In this document: positions 45,964 through 57,300 of the stretch, in pieces
Layout of the letters: each line of letters begins with the position of its first letter
Position numbering within the stretch: position 1 is the first letter of the stretch
IMG/VR virus record: IMGVR_UViG_3300013114_000208
Coordinates: 1-64,000 of that record
Length of the DNA: 64,000 bases
From: an uncultured virus (IMG/VR IMGVR_UViG_3300013114_000208)
Taxonomy: Duplodnaviria > Heunggongvirae > Uroviricota > Caudoviricetes
Direction: 5' to 3' (one strand)
The notes under the pieces: generated by a model
The model's database searches: none
Told to the model about the DNA's origin: nothing
The model's input: the letters and a program-made list of their open reading frames with translations, nothing else
Made by a program: the position numbers and the translations under genes

Positions 45964-46813
45964 AGTATTCTATTGTTTTATCTGCTAGGTATTCTTTACA
46001 CTCTGCGCCATGTACAGGATATATTTGTGGCTCTACACCTAATATTAATCCAACATCATCACTATACTCTATATTAATAATATCTTCTATCTTATGCGAT
46101 TCTGGCCAACCTAGTATGCTATTTTTCATATGCACAAATGTTGGATAATCTAATACATTGTTTGTATGTGTATACTCTGCTTCTTGTAACACTAATGCTA
46201 TTGCCAACGCAACATCAGTTGTAGGCTTTTCATCCCTACAATTCTTTAATTGTTGTGATACTTCATCCCAATTTTTATAAACCCATTTTAATGTTTTAAA
46301 TAGTTTTAGACTATTTTCACCATACCTGAAGTACATAAACCCACTATAAGTGTTAGGTAAGTTATTGATATCAAAGAGTTTTCTGTACTTGCGTGAGTTA
46401 GATATAGAACCGTCTAGTTTGCGAACATTTGTCGCAATCATTACTTCCTGCTCACGCATAAATGTCCACCAATGATCTATATTGCGTGTAAACACAATAT
46501 CACAATCTAACTTAACTGTCTCTTTAAATGGTGTTATTGACCATGCTTTCCATTCATTGCCTAATTTCCATGCGTCATCCTCACTATCATCACCCCACGG
46601 AATGTCTATTACATAGTCAAATACTTTGTAATGTTTCTCTGTTAATTGTTGTTTAGTATTGTTGTCTACAGCAATAGCAAACTTGTTTATGGTTTGTGTT
46701 GCTTTTAAACTTAATCCACAGGCGTATGCTAGTTTTAAATAATCAGTATCGTCGTTATTCTGAACAAATGTAAAATACCCAATTTGTTCATCATGTTCCT
46801 TGATTCGCTTCAT
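45950..46813 (-). CDS. Glycosyltransferase-like (GT8/mannosyltransferase-type, DxD)
   Basis: TPFKETVKLDCD, YSGFMYF, TDVALAIA, FVHMK. Confidence 0.75.
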   Translation of the reverse strand: MKRIKEHDEQIGYFTFVQNNDDTDYLKLAYACGLSLKATQTINKFAIAVDNNTKQQLTEKHYKVFDYVIDIPWGDDSEDDAWKLGNEWKAWSITPFKETVKLDCDIVFTRNIDHWWTFMREQEVMIATNVRKLDGSISNSRKYRKLFDINNLPNTYSGFMYFRYGENSLKLFKTLKWVYKNWDEVSQQLKNCRDEKPTTDVALAIALVLQEAEYTHTNNVLDYPTFVHMKNSILGWPESHKIEDIINIEYSDDVGLILGVEPQIYPVHGAECKEYLADKTIEYYERN

Positions 46814-47630
46814 GTGTAAGTGTTGGTTGTGTTGCGTATCTTAATATTTCATCTACATGTTCTATAATACTATGTTTGTTCATAATATGCACATTAGTAT
46901 TTTTTATGTATGCTATCTCTCCATCAGCGTTATACACAAGAGTTCCATCTTCTCGAACATTTTCAAGTGTAAATTGTGAGGGGAGGGTAAAGAGTGGATC
47001 TAAGATATAATGTTCCAAACTTAATAAATTATATGCAATACTTATAGCATAGTCATTCCTGTATGGACCCATCTTGAAATTATATAAGTTATAATAGTAT
47101 TGATAGTTGTCTTGTACTAATTTAACTAGATTAAAAAATTCTTTTGCTGTATTATTTTTAGTAAAGTATAATACAGTTGCCCATAACATTGGAATACTAC
47201 TCCAATGTAGCATTTTTTCGTCTATAAGACTTTCTTTTCCTGTAATATCATAAGCGGTATTGTGGCATATTAACTCTTTATCAGATTGAAATAGCCACTG
47301 CAATGAGTTATTAAACATTAGATAGTCTACATCTAGCAGTAATGTTTTTTCATACGGAGTTAAATCGTATGCTTGTGGGCGAGTTTTATTATGCCAAGTG
47401 ACTTCTTCTGTCTCTCCATTAGGGTTTCTAAATGTTCTACGTCCACTGTTACCTGTCTCGACCAATATAACATCATCAAAAGGACCATCGATAGAGTTAT
47501 CAGTGACTAATGTAACTCCTGTATTAGGTAAGTGTTTGCGTACAAGTAACGCACAGAGTTTGGCAAGTTCTGTATATTTTATAGATTCGTTATCGTATGC
47601 AAATAATAGTACGCCATTTTCGGTAGGCAT
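46791..47630 (-). CDS. Glycosyltransferase-like (GT8/mannosyltransferase-type, DxD)
   Basis: TPYEKTLLLDVDY, WATVLYF, RNDYAISIA, HIMNK. Confidence 0.75.
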   Translation of the reverse strand: MPTENGVLLFAYDNESIKYTELAKLCALLVRKHLPNTGVTLVTDNSIDGPFDDVILVETGNSGRRTFRNPNGETEEVTWHNKTRPQAYDLTPYEKTLLLDVDYLMFNNSLQWLFQSDKELICHNTAYDITGKESLIDEKMLHWSSIPMLWATVLYFTKNNTAKEFFNLVKLVQDNYQYYYNLYNFKMGPYRNDYAISIAYNLLSLEHYILDPLFTLPSQFTLENVREDGTLVYNADGEIAYIKNTNVHIMNKHSIIEHVDEILRYATQPTLTHEANQGT

Positions 47631-47980
47631 TAGATTTGTTCGGGTTTTCTTGTTGCCCTAATAGTTTTGATATCTTCGAGATATTCGTTATTGACTTCAT
47701 AGTATCGTTGCCACAGTTTCTCAGTAAAGTCTCGTGGATTTTCTATTAATATAGGATTATCATATGAATCTAATACTACTGTGGGATTTGCTTTTAAGTC
47801 TGCCGACTCTGCTATCGCGGAACGTAGCGACATTAATTCGGCAAAATTAATTAATTCTCTTGTTATTTTAAATAAACCGCTGTTATAAGGGAGGGATAGT
47901 AAACCTAAAGTGGTCTCACGCTTTGTTGCGTGAGCCACTTTTTGGTTAAATTTCTTTTTTACTGTATCTTTCACACTCAT
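47630..47980 (-). CDS. Conserved hypothetical protein, first gene of the modification operon
   Basis: 116 aa; YNSGLFKIT.ELI.F…VVLDSYDNPI. Confidence 0.8.
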   Translation of the reverse strand: MSVKDTVKKKFNQKVAHATKRETTLGLLSLPYNSGLFKITRELINFAELMSLRSAIAESADLKANPTVVLDSYDNPILIENPRDFTEKLWQRYYEVNNEYLEDIKTIRATRKPEQI

Positions 47981-47987
47981 ATAAAAT

Positions 47988-48016
47988 ATTATACATTAGA
48001 TACAACAAATTGTCAA
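47988..48016 (-). promoter_or_regulatory. Perfect-consensus sigma70 promoter, probably giving a leaderless mRNA
   Basis: Minus strand TTGACA (48016-48011), 17 bp, TATAAT (47993-47988); ATG at 47980. Confidence 0.85.
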
Positions 48017-48019
48017 CTA

Positions 48020-48934
48020 TTATGACTGACTAAAACTTGTATTACTATATGAAGGTGCCGCACTCCAACTTGCATTATTTAATGAACTTGTGTTTGGTGT
48101 TCTATGTGTAATAGTATCTGTTACTGTACCATCTACAGTATCATTAAATGTATCACCAGCCGCATCAGACCATGTAACTACAAATGTTAGTATGTGTCCA
48201 TTATCACCATTGCCGCCACTATCAACAGCATTAGTTTTTGCTTCTATCTGAATAAAGTTAGCAGTATAAGGGTTATCACCTTCCATCTGTTTAAACAATG
48301 TTTGGTTTGATGTTGTCATATCTTGATAACCAATAGTTGTTGCCAAGGTTGTTGTTGATCCAGAACCACCTGACTTGGTTGTGCCTTGTACAGCAAAAAT
48401 AACTGTACCACACGCTGTTGCCAAATTCGACCATTCTGTATTCTTTGTATGTGAAGTACCGCCTGATCTACTAAAACTAAAGCGGGTTGAACCGCCACAA
48501 TTGTAATAATATCTTGCCGCATCAGCACTGGCAAAAGTTAATGTAAAAGTATGTACTGTACTTGTTGTCCAACTTCCTGAACCACTCTCTGTGCTTGTGG
48601 TATCAGCATATTTTCCACTGTCAATATTGTGTCTATTTGTGTTAATCAATGCTGTATTTGCAGCTAATGCTGTAAATGCACTAATTGTATCGCCTGCGTT
48701 TGGTGAGGTAATCGACGTTAGAGTAGTGCCTTGGTGTGCCGCGGCGCTTGTCTCTCTTGCTAAAAGTGTAGACCATTGGGTGGCAGTTACAGTATCACCA
48801 GCTGAGACCGAGGAAAGTGTATTTGATTGGCCGTAGCCTTGATCACCACTTCCTGTCCCCCAGTTAGTATTAAAATCAGATACGAAACTGTTATAGTGAG
48901 CTGCTAGAATCGTATCACCTGATGTATATGCCAT
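48020..48934 (-). CDS. Virion structural protein (Ser/Thr/Gly-rich)
   Basis: MAYTSGDTI.A..YN…G.GD.GYGQ…VTATQW…F.S…ARYYYN.GG; AGGAG RBS. Confidence 0.75.
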   Translation of the reverse strand: MAYTSGDTILAAHYNSFVSDFNTNWGTGSGDQGYGQSNTLSSVSAGDTVTATQWSTLLARETSAAAHQGTTLTSITSPNAGDTISAFTALAANTALINTNRHNIDSGKYADTTSTESGSGSWTTSTVHTFTLTFASADAARYYYNCGGSTRFSFSRSGGTSHTKNTEWSNLATACGTVIFAVQGTTKSGGSGSTTTLATTIGYQDMTTSNQTLFKQMEGDNPYTANFIQIEAKTNAVDSGGNGDNGHILTFVVTWSDAAGDTFNDTVDGTVTDTITHRTPNTSSLNNASWSAAPSYSNTSFSQS

Positions 48935-49003
48935 ATTCGATTTCTCCTAGGATAAATTATCGTTTTTTCTTTCTCGAGAATAACGTATATCGTTATGTAT
49001 CTA

Positions 49004-49010
49004 TATTTAG
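49004..49010 (-). promoter_or_regulatory. Putative late promoter CTAAATA
   Basis: TAAATA core in the intergenic gap upstream of a structural gene. Confidence 0.5.
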
Positions 49011-49026
49011 CAAAAGCAAATAGTTT

Positions 49027-50571
49027 TTAAACTACTTTAACAATGCACATAACTAATGTAATATGTGTTTCCTCTTTATCAATATCGCTTTCTAAGGCCC
49101 GCCCAATAACATTCCATGGAGTGCATTCTTCTTTAGAAGCTTTTCTTGCTGTGCCATTACCTGCTGAAACTAATCTATCACCCTTAGTAACTGGGCCTGA
49201 TACTTTAACTGGTACACGACCTGCAATTGCTACTGTGACGCCGTCTTCTTCACTGTTCATTAAGTATGCTGGATATGAACTAACAACACCTAGCACATCT
49301 TCTGAAGCATCAGTTTCACACATAGTAACTTCATGCTCACCACCAATTTGCAATACTGTTCCTGGATCATATGCATAATCTGCTGTAAAGTTTTCCGCCA
49401 AGTCAGCATATTTCGCTTGTGTTGAAATACCCGTCATTGTAGCACATTGTATGTTTGCGTATGAATCAATTGCTACATTGCCTGCTGTTGAACCTGTTTC
49501 AGTTGTATTAACTGCGGCCCATTGGTCTTGAGATTCATCCCAAATCCAACCTGTGTTAGGCTGAGTGCCACGCTCTACTATTAAACCAGAATCAAATGAT
49601 GGTGCGCCGGTTACATTCTTAGCAAGAACAATTAATGGATCTTCTACAAGTAAGTTGTTTGTATTAAGTGTAGTAGTTGTGCCACTAACTGTTAAGTCAC
49701 CTGCGATAGTTACTGAGTTTGTTGAACCACTAATAGTAATAGCAGTTGCTGGTGAACCACCTTGGTTAATACCAAATAGTAAATTACCGTTGCTTGTAAC
49801 GTTCTTAATTGTTACATCATTACCAGATACACTCATTGATAAATCAGAGTCGACACCAATGGTCATACCATTATCATTGACAACGCCAAGTGTTCCACTT
49901 GTTGTATCGTTAGCATTTGAACGCAAATAATTTGCGGCCGCAACACCACCCAACTTATCGGAGTCTGTTGCTGTGCCTGTATATTTTGCGCCTGTTACAT
50001 TTGTACTTAAATTATATCCTGGACTTACTGTTGCAAATCCTGATATAGCAACGTTTGGTGTAAAAACACTATCTTTAGAAACAATTCCTACTAATGTATT
50101 AGCAACATACATTTTTACTACTGTGTGTGTTCCTGATGCATTATCTACTATTGTATCTACTATTGCTCCACTTAATACACCACCCGAATAACTTGGTCCA
50201 ATAACAATCCACGCTGAACCATTCCATGCTTTTAATTGATCATTTGTAGTATCAAACCATAAATCACCTTCTACTGGGCTCGAAGGTGCTGAAGATGCGG
50301 ATGTAACACCACCTGATTCTACCCAAGCTGTTCCGGTATATACTTTGAGTGCGGTATTTGTTGTGTCCCACCAGAGCTGGCCAGCGAGTGGTGAGGACGG
50401 TTGGGAGGAGTTAGCAAAGTTTTCTAGTAGTTTTACGAAGTTTTCATTTTGAACTTCACCATAACCGGAATAGTTTTTACCAATTAAGGTTAAATTCGTT
50501 GTAGTGTCTAATGTTCCATCCGCAATTACGGATAAAACTGCACCACTCGTTTTGTTAACTGTATATGCCAC
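49027..50571 (-). CDS. Tail fibre/spike-like virion protein with C-terminal intramolecular chaperone (peptidase G2-like)
   Basis: N-terminal LIGKNYSGYGE.QNENF..LLENFA…GQLWWD; C-terminal YADLAE…GVVS..PAYLMN…GRVPVKV.G.V.KGD.LVS…IGRALE. Confidence 0.8.
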   Translation of the reverse strand: MAYTVNKTSGAVLSVIADGTLDTTTNLTLIGKNYSGYGEVQNENFVKLLENFANSSQPSSPLAGQLWWDTTNTALKVYTGTAWVESGGVTSASSAPSSPVEGDLWFDTTNDQLKAWNGSAWIVIGPSYSGGVLSGAIVDTIVDNASGTHTVVKMYVANTLVGIVSKDSVFTPNVAISGFATVSPGYNLSTNVTGAKYTGTATDSDKLGGVAAANYLRSNANDTTSGTLGVVNDNGMTIGVDSDLSMSVSGNDVTIKNVTSNGNLLFGINQGGSPATAITISGSTNSVTIAGDLTVSGTTTTLNTNNLLVEDPLIVLAKNVTGAPSFDSGLIVERGTQPNTGWIWDESQDQWAAVNTTETGSTAGNVAIDSYANIQCATMTGISTQAKYADLAENFTADYAYDPGTVLQIGGEHEVTMCETDASEDVLGVVSSYPAYLMNSEEDGVTVAIAGRVPVKVSGPVTKGDRLVSAGNGTARKASKEECTPWNVIGRALESDIDKEETHITLVMCIVKVV

Positions 50572-50601
50572 TTTTTATCTCTCCTGAGTCGACTTTTTAA
50601 A

Positions 50602-50622
50602 ATACGTATATTTCTATTTATC
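50602..50622 (-). promoter_or_regulatory. Putative late promoter with downstream ATATACGTAT box
   Basis: Minus strand GATAAATAGAAATATACGTAT; 19/21 identical to 871-891 (+). Confidence 0.65.
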
Positions 50623-50624
50623 TA

Positions 50625-51299
50625 TTATGTTGCACTACTTAGATTCGTTAATGTTTGTATCCTTATCGTATAATCTATTTGAATTAACCGATTAAGTGAT
50701 TTTTGTACTGGGTGAAATACTACATGTGTTAATAAATTACCTGTAGCAATACCACCTGATTCCCAACTTTTTAACCCTAATTCATCAAAAACATATGACC
50801 CATCTAGTGCTGATGAGTTATCAAATGCCTCTTGCCCTGCAGGCTCTCCATAATCAAGCAAACAAGTTACTAAAATATCAGTATAAATTGTACCACTTGT
50901 GTGGCTTATAGTCATTTTATTTCTTGTAGGATCTGTATTTGAGGAACTAGTTCCATCAACAACTTTGTAATAAGTTTTATTATACAAATCCGAAGACGCA
51001 CCTGAATTGTTAGCAGGTAGATATGTTATAATGCCTGTAGTAGACACGGATGTGCCACCATTACCGAAGTGCATTTCGTGTATAAAGCCAGTAGTCTGAT
51101 TAGAAATACTGTCTGCTAATGCTTTGGAAAAGTTTTCATAATGAATAGCGTTACGTTGTTCTACAAATACTTCTTCCGAATCTGGATCAAATATTTTAAT
51201 AAAACCCTCGACGTTTACGCCTGGAATTTCGTTAGGTTGTTTCTCTTGCATTTCTTCTTGCTCTTCACTGGTTTCTTGCTTGATTTCATTGTTTTCCAT
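50625..51299 (-). CDS. Virion structural protein (baseplate/tail-associated)
   Basis: GFIKIFDP…NAIHYEN…FGNGG…LDYGEP…FDELGL…THVVFHPVQKSLNRLIQIDYT.RIQ; lies among structural genes. Confidence 0.7.
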   Translation of the reverse strand: MENNEIKQETSEEQEEMQEKQPNEIPGVNVEGFIKIFDPDSEEVFVEQRNAIHYENFSKALADSISNQTTGFIHEMHFGNGGTSVSTTGIITYLPANNSGASSDLYNKTYYKVVDGTSSSNTDPTRNKMTISHTSGTIYTDILVTCLLDYGEPAGQEAFDNSSALDGSYVFDELGLKSWESGGIATGNLLTHVVFHPVQKSLNRLIQIDYTIRIQTLTNLSSAT

Positions 51300-51305
51300 C
51301 TGAAG

Positions 51306-51313
51306 TATTTATC
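51306..51313 (-). promoter_or_regulatory. Putative late promoter GATAAATA
   Basis: Lies 6 nt upstream of the ATG at 51299. Confidence 0.55.
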
Positions 51314-51316
51314 CTA

Positions 51317-54300
51317 TTATATTACCTTGGGAGTTGATAGCGGTGCCTCTTTAAGGAACGTTACTTCCTTACCAGTTGCCATACCCAAACCTAAGCCGTT
51401 TGTAGCCGCGGCTGGTGTTGTTCCTTGATCATACCAAACTTTAGTATGTACTGTTGATCCTGGAATTAATTGTTGTTTACTGCCATCTACTACTTCACTT
51501 GCTGAAGCATGTGTAGCATGAGCACCTGTGCCCCATGTGCCACGACGTATTCTTTTTAGTTTATTACCATCTATTTCCCAATATTCTATACGCTCGCCAT
51601 TAATGAATATCACACCTGGCGTTGCTGTTGTTGGAACAGGTGTCAACAATTTAGTTGCGTCTGTTACATTAATTTCTATATCTGTCATTGCTAATGCTGT
51701 AGACAGTGTTGTTGTATTTGCTGATGCAATTCTATAGTAAGATGTCTTGTCAAACATATCTTTCCAAATTCTAAAAGCAATACCAGGTCGTTGTTCTGCT
51801 TGTCTCATACCACTAACAGTAATCATATCTGACGCTAATATGCTACCACTTAATGGAGTCATTACTAGTTTAGTTCCAGTTATATAGTAATCGTGGTTAG
51901 CAATTTGTGGTACACCATTTAACCATACCCATACATAATTTGAATTATTTTCTAATGCGGATATATCATATATTGGTGTTGAGATTGATACACTTACATC
52001 ACCAGCATAACCAGACGAATCATAAATTACTGCATCATATTTTTCTAGTGAAGTAGCCGTTGCAACTGATGTGCCTTTTATTACAATTGTTTTGCCTTTG
52101 CTATATCTCTGATTAGCAAATGACTGTATAAACAATTTATCACCTGTAGCAATTGTTCCAGCAGTAACAGATACACCGCTACCATTTTCAAGTATAATTT
52201 GATAATCATTTGGAATCCAATACTGCCCGTTTCTAACTGTAATTGCTATTTCTGCACCTGCCGCTGGTACTTTACCAACAGCAAATGTTATTTCATCACG
52301 TGGTGGTGTTCCACCAGTAAATGTATAATCTGTTGTAAGTGTTTTTAATACACCATCTACGTGTACCTGAACCATTGCATCAGTTACTGAAGCATATGCA
52401 ATAGTTGGATTAGACGGACAGGCATATACAGCAGTTGACCCATCACCAGTATAGTATTCTGTATCTGGTGGATTCAATCGTTCATTATTTAAATACACAA
52501 ACACTTTTGCGGCGTCAGGACCAAAATCAAAGAAGTTATCCTGACCATATGTATAAGTGTAACTTGCAGGCCATGTTGGACTGCCGGGAACAGTAATTGT
52601 TTGTTCTTCACTTTCAACCTTAACAAATGGTCTAATTGCTTCTATTTTACCATCAGTTACAGTAGCAGTTGCGGTTGCTGTGCCTGCAATTGTAACAGTT
52701 GGTGCTGATGTATATCCAGTACCTGCATTTGTTACAATTAATCCACTTACTTTGCCTTCAGCATTGATAACTGCTGTAGCAGCTGCCGCACTACCTCCAC
52801 CTCCACTAAATGTTACTGCTGGAGCCGATGTGTAGCCACTGCCTGCATTTGTAAGTGTTAATCCTGACTTATTGAATGTATGTACTCGTATGCGGCCGCC
52901 ACTTGGAGGTGCTGACGCAAAAGTTAATTTTGTTTTTTTATAATAACTGGTTGCTGTCCATGTTGGATTATTTTCTACACCGTTTACAGTCACATACAAA
53001 TATTGTGCATATTCATATGGAACATTCACAACATATTGTGTTGTTGAACCGTCCCCATAAAAATCTTGTTTAGTTGATGTAACAGTATCACCACCTGTTT
53101 CAATTAATACAAAATGTATTAATTGTCCTGTTGGCACAGGAGAAACCATTGTTATATCATTACTTCTAATAGAAACAGTATAATCGGTTGTTAGTTTCTT
53201 TAATGAATTATTTACATATACTTCAATACCTTCAAGATTTGTAGGCAGTCCGCCCTTGCCAGTAAAATCATATGTTACAGTTGAACCATTACCTTCAAAT
53301 GTATGTTTTTTAATAGTAACGCCTGATTCACGTGGTGAAGGCATTTCATATACTTTAATATCCAATGTATCAAATACACGACCGGGTACTTGTTCTTCTG
53401 GTGCATGTGATGTATATTCTGTTACAAAGCCGTCACCATCTACTACAACATCAGCAGGATCTATACCACCAGTTGTACTAAAGTCACCACCGCCTAAATC
53501 AGTATCTACACTTGAGATAACTGCTATACCTTCTGGACTAATTTCAGAATCATCAAATGCCGAAGATGAGAATGATGCTCTATCATAACCAGGTTCCATA
53601 TCAAATGTAGCACCTGTTACTTTGTTTGCTTTATATTGTAATCCTGAGTCTGCTATAACTGCATCATAGGTTAAAATGTCAGCTGTCTTATTATCCCATG
53701 TTTTTGTACTACCTGTGCCTGCTTGTCCACCAGCATAATATAATGTTAAACGATCGCTGTGCTTTTTAGCGGCCGCCTCATGTGCTGTTTCTAACTTATT
53801 ATAGGATGAGTATGAAACTGTTGCTGTTGCTGTAGCACTACTGCCACCACCACCAGTAAAACTAATTGTTGGTGCGGCAGTATAACCTGTGCCTTCTTGT
53901 TCTACAATAACCGCTGTTACTGCTCCACCGGTAATAACCGCTTTGGCACTTGCACCAACGCCTGTTGTATCTCCTGAGGCATTTGTTATTGTTACCGTAG
54001 GTGCTGAGGTATATCCACTGCCTCCAGCAGTTACGGCAATTGTTTTAACATGTGATGGTGCATCAACACGATCAAATTTAATTGTTTCTTTAAGGTCTCT
54101 TACTTTATAGTTTTCTAAATTAGCATAACCAGTTGCACCACTACCACTACCGCCTGATATAGTTACTATTGGAGTGGTTACATAACCTGTACCACCGTTG
54201 GTTACTGTAATAGAATCAACACTTGCTAAACCAGGTGTTTTCATTACAGGAACAGCAGTTGCGCCAGAGCCATCTCTATGTGTGCCATCTTCTATTGCCG

Positions 54301-57300
54301 AGAACCTAAAGAACCCGTAACCTAGATTGCTTACGTCTGTTTGTGTGAATGTGTATGTTGACCCCCTGTACAAAATAAGGTTAGGTCGTTCTGTGCCATC
54401 TATATAAAAATCTGGTTTGCCTGTGCCATCCAATACTACAGTTACAGCAAACGTTTTACTTTCATTAGTTGCTAATTTAGGTTTTATTGTAACTTTCCAA
54501 CCCATATCTTTCCATTGAGTTGTGCCTTGTTCTGTACCACTATAGTACCATAATGTATCTGGACTGTGTTCTGGTACTACAAGAACTGCCTGTGCGCCTG
54601 CGGCGCCAGGTATTTTGGTTTCATCATAAGTATAACCTAATTTCCATTGTGCGCCACTTGAAATAGTAACTATTGGTGGAGATGCTGTAGTTGCACTGTG
54701 ATCATATCCAGTAATATCATAACCAACTGCATCATATGTTGATGTTGCAGTAGTTGCATAACCACTGCCGGCAGTTAAAACATTAACACTAACTACTTTC
54801 TTTGTATAATGATTTTTCCAATCAACCCAAGGTGCTGTAAGCATACGAGCATCGTCGTCTGCTTCATATACATTAGGTGATCTAAATAATTTGTCTGTTG
54901 TATCATAGTAGCCTGGCAAATCAAAATCAGTATTTCCTATTTGTGGTAATTCAGTGTAATCATAACGGTATACATATTCTCTAATATTTGTTCTGTATGG
55001 TTTTGCTTCATTAATAAAATCTCTAACACTATCTTGCACATCATAACTATAATTTACTAATTCAGATAGTTTACGTACAGTTTGATTGATTGTTACAAAA
55101 CTAGTTTTAAATGCCCAGTCTACTTGTAAGTTTTGATCATACAAGATAAAATGTATTAATTCAAACCATAATTTATTAAATTCAACTTCTAAGTCACTGA
55201 CAAATAATTGTGTGTTTAATGCATCAATAATATAACGCAACTCTGCCAACGGCGTAGTTGTTGTATATAATGTTGTTTTAAATTTAATTGTAGCATTTTC
55301 TTGACCAATTATATCGTATACATCAGTAGTTGAGGCACTAGTATTTTTATATAATATCCATTTGCTTTGTCCATCATTTAATACTTTAACAACATCGTTA
55401 AGTTTAGTGTCTAATTTTGCGCGGTCATTTTCTGTTGCGACCGTATAATCAATAATAGTATTAGAGTCATAACCAGTAGCATACCAGTCAATATAATCCC
55501 AATATTTTGTTGTATCATATTTTTGTTTTTTCTCTAAATTCCATCTATTATCACTAACACTCCATTGATATGTTACCCAATAATTGCCTCTTGTTTCATC
55601 ACTTGCAACAATTACTTTATAACCATCTGTAATTGTATTTGTATTAATATAAGTTAGTTCAGTATATGTTGCTACAGTTTCACCATATCCATATGTTGGT
55701 GCTTTATCTGCTGATGAAATTTTTATTAAACTATAATCTAATGCCATTCTGTGTTTAGTAAATACAGAATTACAGAAGTTTACTAATACTTTAATAGCAC
55801 CCAATCTATCAATAAACATACTTTGACGTGGGTATTCCATTATACCATACCGTGATCCAACATGTACGTTTGTATCTGGTACAAGATTTTCACTTACATC
55901 TTTTCCTGCTAAACTATCACCTAGTTTAGTAATTAAATAATTGTTTGGTTTTGATAGTGGATTATTCTTTTGTACTAGTTGCCATTCTGTATGTAACGGT
56001 ATATCATTTTTAACAGTATCATATTCAATACTTAAAATAATATTCTCACCAGTTAGTCCTGTTTGTAGATTATATCCAATAAATGCATTCTGTGCGGCAA
56101 TACCAATGTATTTTAATCCATATGCAGTAGGATTTGTTAGTATTGTTGCGACAGTTTTTGCTGGCAATTTTCTCGTAGCGGCTGGTATAAAACTCTTTAA
56201 CTCAAGTTCCTTACCATGCGCCGCAAATTTAATTTGTCCATTAGCGTCCAAATATGCGTTGGAAACTTCTGGCACAGATGTTTTGTTTTTAACCCAATAG
56301 TAATAAATTGGCTCCAACGTATTTGTAGATGTATTATACTTTTGATACTCTACATATGCTGAATCATCAGCAAATTTTGGAGTGCCGTCACCTCCTAATG
56401 ATACATATGTTGAGGGTAATGAGTCACTCTCTATCCACTCATATATATTAATTTGTGTACCAGGGAACAATTTGCCCCAGTTAAGACGTTTATACTCTAG
56501 TTCACCTTGTTCATACTCAATATATTTTGTATTAGTTAAATCCCACCATAGTACCCCAACTTCATTAGGACCCCAATGATTTTTTAAGTCATTAACTACT
56601 GTTGCATTAAAAGTAACATTGTATACTGCTGGATCATAAATTGTTTTAAAACTAATTTCTTCATCAGCAACGCCTGGTATTTTGCCTTTAATTGGATCAT
56701 GATAGTCAATATAATCGATAAATTTATTAGTTGATTTATCATACGTAATGACTTTATTAATAGCACCAATATCAATTTTATCGGATTGAGTGCGTTTACT
56801 ATTCCATGCAACTTTATTATTTGTATTAGTTGCTTCTAATACAGAACCAGTATTTTGTGTGTATTTTTTAAACACTATTGCTGATGTTGCAACTGGTGCT
56901 GTTGTAAATGTAACAGTACTATTTGGTGATGCGTTGTCACTACTAAATTCTGCTTGTAACATTGTTCGACCATTCATACTAATTTCTAAATTATCAGTAG
57001 TAAATTGCCCTGTTATAGCATACGCAGTTGCCACACCGTCAGCAGTTTTTAGTTCCTCCACAAAATAATCATCACCAGGAGCACCAATTAATGCTGTATT
57101 ACCAATCATTGCAAGGCCTGTACCAAATTTGTCATTCTTTTTACGGTTTGCCCAATCTACTCGCTGTATTAATGAATATGTTAAGTCAGTATTAATATCA
57201 TATATTAAAGCAGAACCAGAATCAGGTTGAACGTCAGTGATTATAGTGTTTTGCTGGTCAAATTTTGTCAAGTTACCATCTAACGTTAATTCAAATTCAC

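Noticed and set aside
52600..54800. Repeated GSGYTSAPTVTI / GGGGS.A.ATA sequences as a mobile or novel repeat
   Set aside because: A common structural repeat module of large myovirus virion proteins, explained by the CDS
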